A stretch of 63,889 nucleotides of DNA, counting the filler, from Circinaria calcarea (Eukaryota): NCBI GenBank assembly GCA_051942165.1. It is 10 parts of 10 records of this genome, joined end to end, with 100 filler letters (N's around TTAATTAATTAA, not from the genome) between each part and the next. Parts side by side here need not be neighbours in the genome. Positions count along the whole stretch, not along the records: positions 12,838 to 19,150 come from JAVECS010001612.1; positions 19,251 to 25,559 come from JAVECS010001613.1; 8 more parts are not named here. The stretch is one strand, 5' to 3'. A model generated the notes under the pieces. It was not told the DNA's origin and did no database searches. It saw nothing but the letters and a program-made list of their open reading frames with translations. The translations under genes and the position numbers were made by a program. Below are positions 12,838-24,864 of this stretch, piece after piece (within the stretch, counting starts at the first letter, position 1; every line of letters begins with the position of its first letter).

Positions 12838-13664
12838 GTTCCGCATTGTAGGAAGGAAGGAAATCTCTATTCCCAACCACCAAAAGAAAATGGTTGCAGG
12901 AACTTCCAATTGCTTGCCCATATCCCTCCACTTCTTACTGTTGTTGGTGAAGAGACTCGAGACCAGTCCTAAAGGCCAGGGTATCATCTTTGCTACAATC
13001 TTTGGCAATAACGATCAGTATATGTCAGAGAATAGCGATGCCGGATCAAGCTCACCCTTGCGGCCCATAATGTCAACCAAACAATTTCCAACCAGATTGA
13101 GAACCAGAGGAGACTGACACCCCCAACGCTAGCTTTTTCGAACACTAGAGCGCCTAGGAGTAAAGGAATTAGGATGAGCAGTACGAGCGGCGTTATGTAT
13201 GTGAAATAGCGGACTAGGAAACTGGAATTGTGGATCTTCTTAAAAGCTTTGGCAAGGTTCGTGGAAGGATGCTCTGGCGGCCGGTACCCAGCAGTCTTCT
13301 CATGTATTGGATTTGTGTTAGCATCGAATTCATCCATCGGGTCAGACCGTCTCGACCTAGAACGATGCATTGACGCCGAACGGGTCAGATTTGCCCCATT
13401 GTGCGGCTGCTGGGATACCACCCTCTCGGCTTGGAGCAAGGCCAGATCATCGTTGAGACGATGTTCTTGAGCGCGAGCTTGGGAGGACGACGACAGCGGG
13501 TGTAGGTACTGCTGCGACTCATTGCTGGTGTTCAAGGTAATGTCATGCTTTTCTCCGTCAACGGACCCCCCGCCAACAAATGTATGTTCTTCCTCCGAGG
13601 ACGGCGAGGTAGGGTTGTTCGGGTTGAACGTGGGCTGTGGTGTGTCATCGACGGGCGTAACCAT
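12838..13664 (-). CDS. MscS-like mechanosensitive channel (Msy1/Msy2 family), 5' part
   Basis: ATG 13664, intron 13000-13055. Reads [57 protein letters not shown], typical of the fungal MscS-like N-terminal TM region. Truncated at the contig edge. Confidence 0.8.
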
Positions 13665-14597
13665 TGTTGCCCCGATGAAGCAGGTGTATAGCACTGAGCA
13701 GGTGTGGAACTACTATCTCCTATCTTAGATGTTTCAATTGGGAAGAGAGGACACGGTTTCGGCCGATCTGAATAATCGAGCAATATCGCCAGCGCAATTA
13801 CTCGTGAGCTCTGTCTCGGTTGAATGGTACAAGGTATCTGAAAGACGTGAGGGTTCGAAAATAAAGGTTGTCGGGGTTAGACGAGGGGGTTTGAACAAAG
13901 AGACGGCCTGAGAGCCGACTGCTTTGGGGAAGGAATACAGTGTATATTTGACATAACGCGAACAATGTGAATCTCGAGTGTTATTGGGCCCGCGACTTGG
14001 ACCCCGCCAACTTTATGCAGACTCTACTCGTGATTGAACTGGATTAGCCGACTGACGTGGATGGTTATTCACTGGATGACCGACCTGGCAATGTGTTCGG
14101 CCTTCCATTCTACAGAGACAGCTATTGTTGTTGACCGCCCGTCGAGATGGCGATGCAGGATGCTTATCTCAACGGTTGGGATACGCCAAGAGGGGTTTAT
14201 TCATGTTTACCTCTATATGTAAAATCCTGTTCCAAAACGAACGCCATGTCTTTGAATCACACTTCGGAAATCAACACATCGTTCATCGACTCCATAATCA
14301 CTAGTTACGATTTAAGACAAACTCATAAATTTCTGTCCTGGATAGCTCGGGTCGACCCTAGCGTTGATCCGGAACACTTCTGGATTATACCTCCCTGCCA
14401 ATTGGAACTGGCAATCCTAAGGGGCACGAGATGTTAAGGCTCGACATTTTAATTTATAGAATATTATAGAAAGCCGATAATTTTCAGGAAATATCTGCTA
14501 CTACTAATGGCGGAACTAATTTACAAAATTACATTTTAAATCACGAGCTTAAATAATATAATACGGCTTTAGTTTTTGAAAATCACGAATTACTTTC

Positions 14598-14817
14598 TGT
14601 AAGGATCCTTTACGAATAGTATAGTGATCTCACGATAAGGGTCGGTGAATTGTGTGATAATGAGCTTAATTGGTTCGCATCAGCGTATGAATTATTGCTA
14701 AGGAGTTCTCGTGTAACACTTCGCGAGGAAAACCCTTCTCGCTAAGCCAATACCTCGTGACCTCGGTGTATAGTTCCCCCGTAGGGTTCGTAGGGGTTCT
14801 CCGGTAGAGCCCTTACA
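14598..14817 (+). mobile_element. Solo LTR, family A, copy 1 (220 bp)
   Basis: Termini TGTAAGG...CCTTACA. Perfect 5-bp TSD CTTTC at 14593-14597 and 14818-14822. Strand is given relative to copy 2 only. Confidence 0.88.
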
Positions 14818-14970
14818 CTTTCCGATTCATATATAATAGAACATTATTAAGTTTAATACATATTAAATTTTCAGTACAAAGAACCTCGTAGGTGTAGGGT
14901 AATAATAAATAAAACATATAGTTTTTGACAGTCGAAATTCGATAGATTCAGAACGATTTTAAAATTCCAG

Positions 14971-15191
14971 TATAAGGGTCTCTACGCGAGAACCCCTACG
15001 AACCCTACGGGTGAACTATACACCGAGGTCACGAGGTGTTGGCTTAGCGAGGAAGGTTTTCTTCGCGAAGCGTTACACCAGAATTCTTTAGCAAAAATTC
15101 ATACGCTGATGCGAACCAATTGAGCTCATTAACACATAATTTACTGACCCTTATCGTAAAATCACTATACTATTTGTAAAGGATCCTTACA
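14971..15191 (-). mobile_element. Solo LTR, family A, copy 2, inverted relative to copy 1 (221 bp)
   Basis: Reverse complement is about 90% identical to 14598-14817 by manual alignment. It has its own 5-bp TSD TCCAG at 14966-14970 and 15192-15196. Confidence 0.88.
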
Positions 15192-15242
15192 TCCAGAATC
15201 CCGCGAGTTTCGCGCGAACAGAATTTTATGCACGGAAGTAAC

Positions 15243-15428
15243 TGTCAAACCTTTTAGGTTAGCTCCTCGGGCGCATGTTGTTCCGAGCGCCCACACGCAC
15301 ACATAGATATATTCCCTCGCTGCATGGCATGCAGCAGAGCAGTTACACATAGCAACTTATGCACGTAGTTGCGCCACTCACTCTTTCACTTATTAATCGA
15401 TGCCTATTAATGACGCCGTAGCTTGACA
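15243..15428. mobile_element. Solo LTR, family B (186 bp)
   Basis: Termini TGTCAA...TTGACA flanked by a perfect 5-bp direct repeat GTAAC (15238-15242 and 15429-15433). Confidence 0.72.
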
Positions 15429-15692
15429 GTAACGTATCTCTTTTCGACAATGTGTTCAATTAATTCATGTAGCGTAAAAAATACTGTGGTATTCAGCGAA
15501 ATAATTATTAGCGCAGGTTTTTCACAGTTATTATTATATACCGAAATAGCACCTTTAAAATTATACCGACAACTGGAATAAGTTCAAATTATGTATTCAA
15601 TATAATTCCTCCTTTTTGGCCAGAATCTTTATCATCGTTGTTGGGTATACAGGGGCGGTGGAAACCCGCGGTAATAATCATTTCGCCGGATA

Positions 15693-15832
15693 CTATCCCT
15701 TCAAGTGTTGCTCAGGCGGACAGGACCGTGCCACCCCAGCATCTGGTCCGTGCCAGCCTTACTCGACCAATCCCAACCCTGTATCCAAGCAACGCACGGT
15801 TCTGTCCGCCTGAGCAACACTTGAAGGGATAG
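15693..15832. mobile_element. 140-bp MITE-like element with 39-bp terminal inverted repeats
   Basis: CTATCCCTTCAAGTGTTGCTCAGGCGGACAGGACCGTGC (15693-15731) versus 15794-15832, one mismatch. Flanks are TA and CA (possibly a mutated TA TSD). Confidence 0.75.
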
Positions 15833-15854
15833 CATTACTAAAGAACGCCAAGTG

Positions 15855-15925
15855 AATACCTCGTGATCTCGGTGTATAGTTCACCCGTAGGGTTCGTAAA
15901 GGGTTCTCTGGTTGAGGCTGTTACA
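15855..15925 (+). mobile_element. 3' end of an LTR related to family A
   Basis: AATACCTCGTGATCTCGGTGTATAGTTCACCCGTAGGGTTCGTA..GGGTTCTC matches the distal 70 bp of the family A LTR and ends in TTACA. 5' end not located. Confidence 0.7.
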
Positions 15926-16835
15926 TGCTATATCGAGGCGGCTGTGCCAGAAGTTATTGCAGCTACAGAGTACTGTTCTATAAGGGGTGCCCGGTGCCTT
16001 GTCATCTACAGAGTGAAGACTAGAATTTCTTCCCCTTAACTTCAGTACGCTTAATTTATTGTAACATTTGATGACATGTAATTCTTGCAGGAGTCCGCGA
16101 TATCATACTGTCACTCCCGGCAATGACTTCTACTCATTCGCCTTGATAGATAATATCACTAGTTCAGATTAAACGATAAGAGCATTAGTAGGAAGGTGAC
16201 CTATTTAAGATGCAGTGCTGGTAAAATATCGTCGGAAAACCAATATATAGACACGGAGACTCGTCAGAGTCTCACAGCCGGAACTCGAGGCTGAAAACTA
16301 TGCTCGGCATCGCCTGCCGAGCAACAGCCCTATTCGTTCTTGTATACTTGTTGCAATTGTATGTCTGTAAACCAAGACATGGAGTTCTTGCAGCAGGCAT
16401 ACGATGCATGTGAGTTTGTTGTACAAACCAGATCTATCTATATGCTTGCCATGTTCCTCGTCAATTCGGCATCTTCAGCGCGGTCATTTAGGATTTACCA
16501 AAAATAAAGACTTTGCTTCTCTGTAACGGCTTCGGGTTTCCCCACTTATGTAGGGCATATCTTTGACACCGCCGATTAGTATTGGAAGTTTCGTTTATAT
16601 GTATGAAGAAGGCGAGTGGGCCAAATAAAAACTAGACTCTGGACAGGAAAACATAATCCTTGCAGTACAGAGCTCCCAATAATACTTTTGACTCTCCGCA
16701 TATTTCTGATGTGTCTAGTGTCGAGAGAAGTACGATTTAGGGTGTAAGGTTAAATAAATAGACTCTCCTCTTATGAAGAGCTAAACTACATTTTTGCGGG
16801 ACGAACAAGAATATTGTCATACCTCTGCTGCTTCA

Positions 16836-18341
16836 TCATGGATCGAAGCGGCTTAGGAGTCCTACACTCCAACCTTGCAGCGTCCTTGCTGATTTTGGAA
16901 CGGTCAAATTGCTTGACTCGAGGTTTTGTCGAATTTCCCGTAATAAGTCCTTGGGTATCTGTAGTTCCTCTAATGATGACTGATGTTTGGCAAGGATATC
17001 GGAGAGACTATCAACAACTTGGTACAGAACCTTGATTCCTCGCCTGGGACCTCCAGGAAGACCAGAAGCGGAGTACCTCAAGTCCGGGGTAAAGATCCAT
17101 AACTTGGTATGTTAGCTTGTGCTCTATGTGCCTTGCGGATTCGGCACACCAGTAATGCCTCGGTAGCCTCCTCAAGGACTCCATCATATAACATAAACCT
17201 CCTCGTACCTTGGTTCTCGATTAATTCCAGAAGGCGAGCGCAAATGAAAAGCTGCGGCTGAGGTTCTTGCCAAGCTGTGCTAGTATTAGTTGTTAAAGAC
17301 AATCTCCATTTATACAGCCGAACGCCCTGAAAACTCTCGTCCAGAATCCCAAGCGGCGAGAGGCAAGAAGTGCAGCACACGCTAGCGGTCCTGCCATGCT
17401 GAACCTATGATGAATCAGTAGCTGTACCGCGAGAGTATCCCGCATGGTCTAAGACTTAGAGGCCACGCGGTGAAATCCTAAGGCTTTGCCAGTGTCCAGC
17501 ATACCATCAAAACACGTAAACCCATGCTGCGTCCTTCAAGACATAGAGGATAAACTAACATGATGGTAGCAGCACCGGCTTTCAATCTCGGACATTTGTA
17601 TCGGTGACCATACCATTAGACAGCGTAGTTTGGTTAAAGGTCTCCTTCTTGGTGCCCTTGTATACTGACAAGTACTTGGGTTGGTGTGCAAGGACATACC
17701 TTTAGACCACAGCTGTCGTCTTCGGACGCCAACAGATGACAGCTGTCCACAAATCCCACTCTACTCTGGGCTTTGAAGCCTTCAGAAGCGGTGTACCCTT
17801 GGGATATCAGTGGCGCATGCGGGCCTGCCCCATCCTTTGGTTTGTGACAATACCAGAAATCCATCATTTCTGCCCAGTGTTCGCTAGGAAGATCTCTCCA
17901 CTCCTTGATCTGCTCGTCCAGAACACGGCTTTTGCAGAAGCGGCAACAAAACTGGGCTCCAAGTCTTAATGATCTAGCGGACCACGGAGCTTCAGTAGGA
18001 GCAATAGAATCAGATTGATCATAGCTCTGCACAATGCTTACTACCGGAAGGCGGAGGCAAAAGTGATCAGCGGTTGACCTTGGAATAGCTATCTCGGCAT
18101 TAGGATCTATGTTGGATGGAAGCTCGATCGATGCGTGTTCTCCAGCATGGCTCAGGCTAAGTGTCTTGCGATCCGAAGAAAGCCGAATGCCCGTTTCGAC
18201 ATTCTGACCGGATTGCAACTTTGCAAAGACTGTGACCAGGCGCAAACTGAGCAAGGATTCCGCGTACAGGCTGATTGAGGGCCTTTCCTCGTCATTAGAT
18301 AACTTTGACCCAAGTGAGCCTTGGCTGGTATAGGGTGTCAT
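16836..18341 (-). CDS. IPA1: HECT-like ubiquitin-conjugating enzyme E2-binding protein (Ipa1/UBE3D family)
   Basis: Exons 18341-17700, 17404-17150 and 17102-16836 splice in frame. Motifs LYAE, CRFC, WRDLPSEHWAEMMDFWYCHK, CTSC..LG, LYKW, LWIFTPDL and PKSAR.LQGW.VGLL.RF. Confidence 0.85.
17482..17659 (-). ncRNA. Intronic box H/ACA guide RNA, snR81-like first hairpin (predicted guide for U2 snRNA pseudouridine at yeast position 42)
   Basis: Inside the 295-nt intron 17405-17699. Hairpin 1: GGGCA/UGUCC lower stem, GGAGACC/GGUCACC upper stem, pocket AAGAA + GAUAC, then AGAUUG(A) 14 nt later. Hairpin 2: GCCGGUG/CACUGGC and UACCAUCA/UGAUGGUA, then AAA 14 nt after the pocket. Both boxes are non-consensus variants. 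Confidence 0.68.
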
Positions 18342-18746
18342 GACAGTTCAAATTGACATTTCGTGGGAGTGGCTCATGACCATCTAGATAAAGTGATTCT
18401 TTTCCCGTCTGCAGAATTCCGCAAAAGGTCTGACGCATAGAAAACAAATGCAGCCATGCCAAGGGTCATTGTATCAGAGTATTTTAGTCTCCTCCAGTAC
18501 AACTCTCTAGCTTCGGCTACCGGAACTCGCTCAACCTTCCCAAAAGATAAGCCCTGCTCTAATTCAGCTGTTGACAAAGTCAGTCTATCGATTATCCATA
18601 TCCATATCCATATCCTCATCTTCATCCGCATCCGCATCCGCACCGCCGTCCTGCTACAAAGTAACGCCTTGTCCTGATTGAAGTGGATCTTCTTTGGAAG
18701 TCGACAGTCGTCATTCACTACTGCTCTGGCTGTCTAAGCCATCACC

Positions 18747-19150
18747 ATGTTCTCCTCGTTCTCTTCCTTTTCCCTTCCGTTTGTCCTTCCTCGATTTCTC
18801 GGAGCCAATCCCGGTCTAGCAGTAGACATCAGACCTGTAGAGATTCATGATGTTGAGACCAATCAGGAAAGGCGCTCGAGGTCTTTGAAGCATTTACTCA
18901 AGCTCAATCATGTAAATCATTCGCTCATCTATCATCGTCTCCAGTTTCATAATCATACCCCTCATGTATGTGAGCTGTCTGGTCTAAAGTGTGGCGAGCA
19001 TGTTGGTTCATACTCATCTTCAGATTTTGGGATCCGCATACCTTTTGGGTGCAGAACCCGAGCACCTCAACCTGATCTACGAGGAGGAAGCCAAGGTTCT
19101 AGAGAGATGGCAAGATTCACCCGGGGAGGTGTCGAAGGGCGACTGGAGGG
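18747..19150 (+). CDS. Questin oxidase/AflY-like (DUF4243) protein, 5' part
   Basis: HDVET..RSLKHLLKLNHVNHSLIYHRLQFHNHTPH, intron about 18966-19023, then ILGSAYLLGA..HLNLIYEEE..LERWQDSPGEV. Truncated by a spacer. Confidence 0.75.
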
Positions 19151-19811
19151 NNNNNNNNNNNNNNNNNNNNNNNNNNNNNNNNNNNNNNNNNNNNTTAATT
19201 AATTAANNNNNNNNNNNNNNNNNNNNNNNNNNNNNNNNNNNNNNNNNNNNGGAGAGGTGGTGGTGGTAGTGGTGGTGGTCATAGTTTATTTCTTTTGATA
19301 TTGAACTAGGGAAAGGAGGAGTGATGGGAGAGAATATTTAGGGCATGCAACGGGGAGGTAACACGGAATGAGAGGCGGAGAATGAAAGAAAGAATGACAT
19401 CTTTATCACCATCTTCTTCTGACTCATATATGCTGGAATAATGGGAGGGCTAAGAGATACCAACATTGATATGGCCCTGAGGGAGCTTGAGTTTAGGAAA
19501 AGTGAGTCACATTGTTTTCCGGTCATTCCAGTAAGGCACGTGACTTGATTCTGCGGATAAGAAAATACGTGAAAAGAAGGGATTTTTAGGACGGGGTGGA
19601 GGTGCCTCTGTGTTCTTATCCATCTAGGTTCTTGAGTAATAAGATTGGGAGTCTGTGTGGTTTTTGTTACACAAAAAGCACCAAGGTTCGGAATAAAAGA
19701 CTTTCACGGTTTTCAAATATCGTAATCCTCATAAATTCTTCTACCCTGTACGAGACAGCCACTTCCCCCTAGCAAAAGCTCGAATCAAGTGTACTTCCAC
19801 TACTGCCGGGT

Positions 19812-21631
19812 TTATACACGTTCATGTTGCGCATGTACCGCTTTCTCTCCATCGTCGCTGGACTCAACATCTCGGCCCATAGCTTCTCGCCTATGTATAA
19901 CAGCTGCCATAGCCCCACTACCAGTTGCTTCGGCCAAGTCGCTATCATGCGCAACGCCAAATTTTCGTCCAAGGTACTCTGGACCGAGGAAAGTCAAGAG
20001 GATAACATAGGCATAGACACAGCCCAGGAAGATACAGATGACCAGACCATACTCGTACCTCTTGACCTTGCCTTTGGGGGGTAATGGAAACCGCTCGCCG
20101 ATCGTACTTTCAATGGTCGAACTAGCACTACTGACCAAGTTCCCGAGTTGGTAGGAAGTTCCAACCACAAAGGTTCGGAAAGATCCCTATCAGCATGTCA
20201 GCCGACTTGAAAGCTTCATGCAACGGTCAAGAACCTACAGGGGACAATTCCATTAAGTGAATCGGGATAACGCCCCTATAATCCGATTAGACGACTTGTG
20301 CGCTTGTTGATATACTAGAAATCATCTTACCAAGCTCCTTGGACACAGAACTGTTCGAAGAATGCCGCCGCTATTACGCTGTGGCTCCCGACAAACGTAT
20401 ACGGATACAAGAGAGCACCGCCAAGGATTGAGATGACGATAATGGTAAAGCGCCGTCCGAATGTTTGAGAGGCTTTTTGTAACGTTAGCAAAGGGGTTCT
20501 GCCATTCTGGTGCAAGTGGCACATACAATACCCAATTACCGTTCCACCGGTTATAGCTCCCAGATTAGCCACTACCTGCGTCACTGTCACGGCGTTGTGA
20601 GAAAAATTGTATTGGTTCGTGAGCATTGTTGGGTATAAATCCTGCGATCCATGAGACATGAAGTTGAAGCCAGCCATCAACAGGACCATGTAGGTCAATA
20701 GTAACCAATGCCTCTTCAATGCAACACGACCTTCGGCAAGAAAGGTGCTTGTCAGGTTTCCATTGGCATGACGGACTGCCTCGCGCTCCTTGAAAGCTTG
20801 AGTTTCCGGTAGACAGAGCCGGAATATGATAATCAGGACAGGAGGGCAGGCGCCGAACCAGAAGAAAGGCCTCCAACCATGAGGGGTGGTGTTGACCAAT
20901 GCTCGGGCAAATACTGTGGCCAACAGGTAGCCAAAGGCATACCCTTGCTGAAGCATGCCAGAAAGCAAACCACGTGCCTCTGACGGACAGTCCTCCAGTG
21001 CGGTGGCCGCAGCGTTACCGTACAATCCGCCCATTGCAACGCCATACAAGGCGCGGACAGCAAGGAATTGCTTGTAGTTCTGACAAAAGCCCGTTGCAAG
21101 CTCCAATACGATGAAGAGAATATTGTTCACCACGAATGGCCATTTCCTCCCGTACCTATCGGCAGCGATTCCTGTGCCAAGAGATTAACACGCTGGCATA
21201 GTTTATGGTAAGGAGTCAGCTTATACTCACCGAACAATATGGCCCCTACCGACCGGAACATAAGCACAAGAGTGATGCCCCATGTGATATCGGTGGTCTG
21301 CTTATCGAAAGCTTCGGCTAGGTCGGTGACGGTCAGAGAGACGGTGAAAAAGTCGAATGCATCCTTTTCCGATTAAGCTTTTCGGTCCGCTAACTCATGA
21401 TTGCGACGAGTAAACACCTACCCAAGTCCACCCGAGGAATCCGACGAGCCAAAAAAGCCATTGCTGGGCAGTCAGCATGCGCAAGAGACGGAGCGGATTT
21501 GGCGCCTTGGTCATCGGTGGCTTAAGGGTGGGGAGACGGGTAGCGAGGTATCGACCAATGCTAACGTGCTCCTGCTGGGTCGTCTCATACGTCGTGGGTT
21601 CATCGTGAGTTTTTTCGTTTGAATACGCCAT
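19812..21631 (-). CDS. JEN1: Carboxylate:H+ symporter (Jen1 family MFS)
   Basis: Jen signature NFMSHGSQDLYPT. Also DAFDFFTV, ADRYGRKWPF, ATALEDCP..ARGLLSGMLQQGY and QFCVQGAW. Multi-exon. Confidence 0.93.
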
Positions 21632-22511
21632 CCTTGAACCTTTTCACTTTCCAGTAGGGTGAATCAGCTCTCAACGCAACAAGAGCGAGAAAGGTTCTGC
21701 TGCAAGCAAGAGAGATGTCGCATACCTTATAAGATAAAGGCGATAGGAGCACACTTTAAGCAACGCGGGGGTTAAGGAGCCAAGGAGCCAAGGGCATGGA
21801 CCCGGCAGCAACCGTTCGGCTGCATTAGCTTCCCACTTGCACTAACTTCCAGCCGCCGTCGCCAAAATCCGTTGATCGGGACATTGTCACACTGGCTCGA
21901 CCGGCTTGACATGGTGAACCATACCCTAAAACAGAGCACTAAAGTTGCCTTTCGGGCAATCGAATGCCTGGATGAAGTAAATGCCATCACCTACGCAGAG
22001 ACACCCTTTCGGTGATGGCGGAAGATACCTTCATAAAAGCAGAAAAATCTAGATTCCCCGCCAAACCTGCTTAGGATCAATGCGTCAGGAAGGTCAGTTG
22101 ATTGGTCCGGTCCAGCTGCATAATCTGCAACAGCTCGTGTACAGGTCATGCGCGATATCCCCACCTACTGTAGTCACCCTTGCATGAGATTCGAAGGGGG
22201 GAGGTTTTTTGAAAGGGATGAGCGAACCAAAGCCAGTGTATGGACGTCAGCATTGATGAAGGCACAACCAGGCAGCATCTTACTACCACCCATTGCCGAC
22301 TTCACACATTCATCAGAGAACGAGAGGACTTCAACGGTACTAGCCTTCATTCAGCGGCGTATGTACGGAGCAGAATGCAAAGTTTTCAACGTTACCAAAC
22401 ATTCAAGCGCCGGTAGGTTGTCAGTCAATTGGGATGCGTGACCAATCTGAATTGCCAGGGCTGGGGTCGTCTAACAGACTAGACTGTTGATATAATTGCA
22501 AGAAAATATCA

Positions 22512-23957
22512 TCACGATTCCGGCGGTCGCCAGCCAGAGCTCTTCAAGCCCCATTGCACGGCATCCCAGACATCCTCAACGCAAGCTGTTGGCTTCCATA
22601 TCGGTTCGCCGCCACTGTACACGCCACTCCTCACGAGTACAGATTGCCATTCGCTTCCTTGGGGACTTGCGTACTGGTTGGCGCCTCGAATATCACTCTC
22701 AGGGTTGTCTGCTCCGCCCGTCAGCAAAATTCTGCCAAAACAGGACAATGAAGTCAGGTAAGTCCGACTCACCTCCAATCATGTACACCCTTTTCAACTT
22801 CTGCGTCGTTGCTGTAGGTCCTATTATATGCGGCCGGTGAGACTCAAGTTTCTTCTCAGCAAAAGCGAACGTAATCTCGTAAGGCTTGCCACACATCCTC
22901 TTCTGAAGGCTTATCCCTTTTTCCTCTCCACCAGTTATAGCCCTCCATACGCCTTCAAATGCCTCCCTAAATCCGCCCTGCCCTAATCGCGGTAAGTGAT
23001 AAGCGGCTGCCCACAATAGATCCGGATTTGAGAAATATAGAGGCGGCTGGCGGTCTTGCTGATAACCCCGATTCGGTAATGTAGGATCGTTGTTGAGAGA
23101 AGAATGTGTGCCAAGGTAGCCGCGGTGAGACAAAAGGAGATCAAGAATCAGCTGCGTGTCAAGAGCCCAGTCACGGGGATCGTGGAAAATAAAGACCGCG
23201 TCTATCTTTAGAGAGTTGGGTAAATCGGGATGTTCCGGGTCATAGAGGGCTTTCGGGAGCGGCCGAGCAAAGGAAGCGTAGTAAGATGCGAAATGTTGAG
23301 AAAAGGGCCAGATTGTGGGATAGGCATTTATAATGTCGGCGGGCGTAATGACATTGGCAAAGCCGTATCTGATGGGCATCCATTAGTTTAAGATGTATCC
23401 AATAGGCGTAGGGACAGGTAAGCTAACACCTTACTTCTCCGCTACTCGACGACATTTATCGCCATCACCTCCGGACACCAGAATGCACTTGTCCTTGAGT
23501 GCTTGTTGGGTTTCATTGCCGTGAACCAGCTCGGCAAAGGGTGTATGGCTTTGAATAAAGAGGCCAGGATCCAATGGTATCTTCAGACGTTCGCTGAGCT
23601 CCGACACCCGTTCAGACTCATGCTTGCCTCCGCCGTTGGTCAAAAGGATGAAGGGGATACGGTGGACTTGAAGGTACTTCAGCGCTTTCGTCGCGCGAGG
23701 GAGAGGCTTGGAGCTCCGTATAAGGACGCCATCAATGCTTTTTAGTAATAAGCACTGGTTTTTCGTGGTGGTTTGAAAACATACTCGAAAGCGAATGCAA
23801 AGTCCGGGACCTTGCTGACAGAGACATCACTAGCTGCAATGAACCATCTTCTGTACTTTATATGACGAGGTTTGTACCCTTGATAAGAACATGAAAGCTT
23901 GGAAATGAACCATGGCAATCTGATTGAACCTGACGTGTATCGCAACGTACCAGCCAT
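22512..23957 (-). CDS. HAD-superfamily IIA hydrolase, CECR5/HDHD5-like
   Basis: Spliced FAFAF/DIDGVL motif I, ILLTNGGG, FIQSHTP, DPRDWALDTQ, FSNPDLLW, GKP and YMIG/DNPESDIRGAN. Basic N-terminus suggests mitochondrial targeting. Confidence 0.9.
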
Positions 23958-24864
23958 TACTACTGGGAAAAGTTGGTTTCGGGTATGAAGACGGAGGTGT
24001 ATTGGCGTGAACAGAGGCGCTGGCGAAAGCGGTACAAGACCACGCAAACGTAGCAGACTGTGAGAGAGGAAGTTGGGTCTGGGATTTGTAGCTTACAGAC
24101 TCTAAGAAGGGAGCTGTTCTAGGGTTTTCGTGGCTTACAGGTTGCCTCCCGTGATGGTACGCGATTGTTCCGTCGCATAGAATACTTCAGGCCCCGCCCC
24201 CTCACGAAGTTTTAGATACAGCAGAGTAGATAACCGAGAACGTCAAATGTTATCAAGCCCCTGGTACCCTAAAATAAGAATTGGTTCTCTACTCCCACAT
24301 GGCGGGTAGGATTGGTGGTATTGGATATTTCCGGATTCTATAATCAAAGCCCCTTCCCCTTTGCCTTTCCTTTCCTTTCGCTGCAATCCTCAAATTCCGT
24401 CCCCATCCCCATCCCCACCCACTTTACCACACTAAATGACGAGAAGGACGACTTTTAGTTTGGAGGCACTTTCTTCTGTGCCATTACCACTCATGCCATA
24501 CTGTATGGAGTTCCAGTGGCCTAAGTAACGCAGCAACTTGGGAATTGGAATTGGGCTTTGGTGAAGTATTAACGGTCTGCTCTCTAGTCTAGCCTCTATG
24601 TTGGTTATCTTTGAACATATCCCAGTGAGGATTTATTTTACGAGTGGTATGCTTGCTGATACGTGTTTTCAGTTCCATGATGCAACGGGCTTTGACATGG
24701 GCTTTGACATGGGCTTTGTTTCAGAACCGGCGATGTTAGATGCGACCATCAATATAACCTGTGGTAATAGACACCAGGGGTCTGTCGTTTCTTCCACTTC
24801 TCTATCTTTGCGCTGGTCCAAGGTCGTTGATACACGTGGCGGATTTCATCTTGTGTCGCCTAGC

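Noticed and set aside
14598..15191. A single foldback or Ginger-like transposon with 220-bp TIRs
   Set aside because: Each arm has its own LTR-type termini and its own 5-bp TSD, and there is no convincing outer TSD.
16256..16323. Two small perfect hairpins as a Helitron end or terminator
   Set aside because: No correctly placed CTRR end and no other copy in the window.
18590..18645. Hexamer repeats (ATATCC, GCATCC), and similar short repeats at 24687-24718, 58195-58217 and 58412-58435
   Set aside because: Ordinary short tandem repeats in non-coding DNA.
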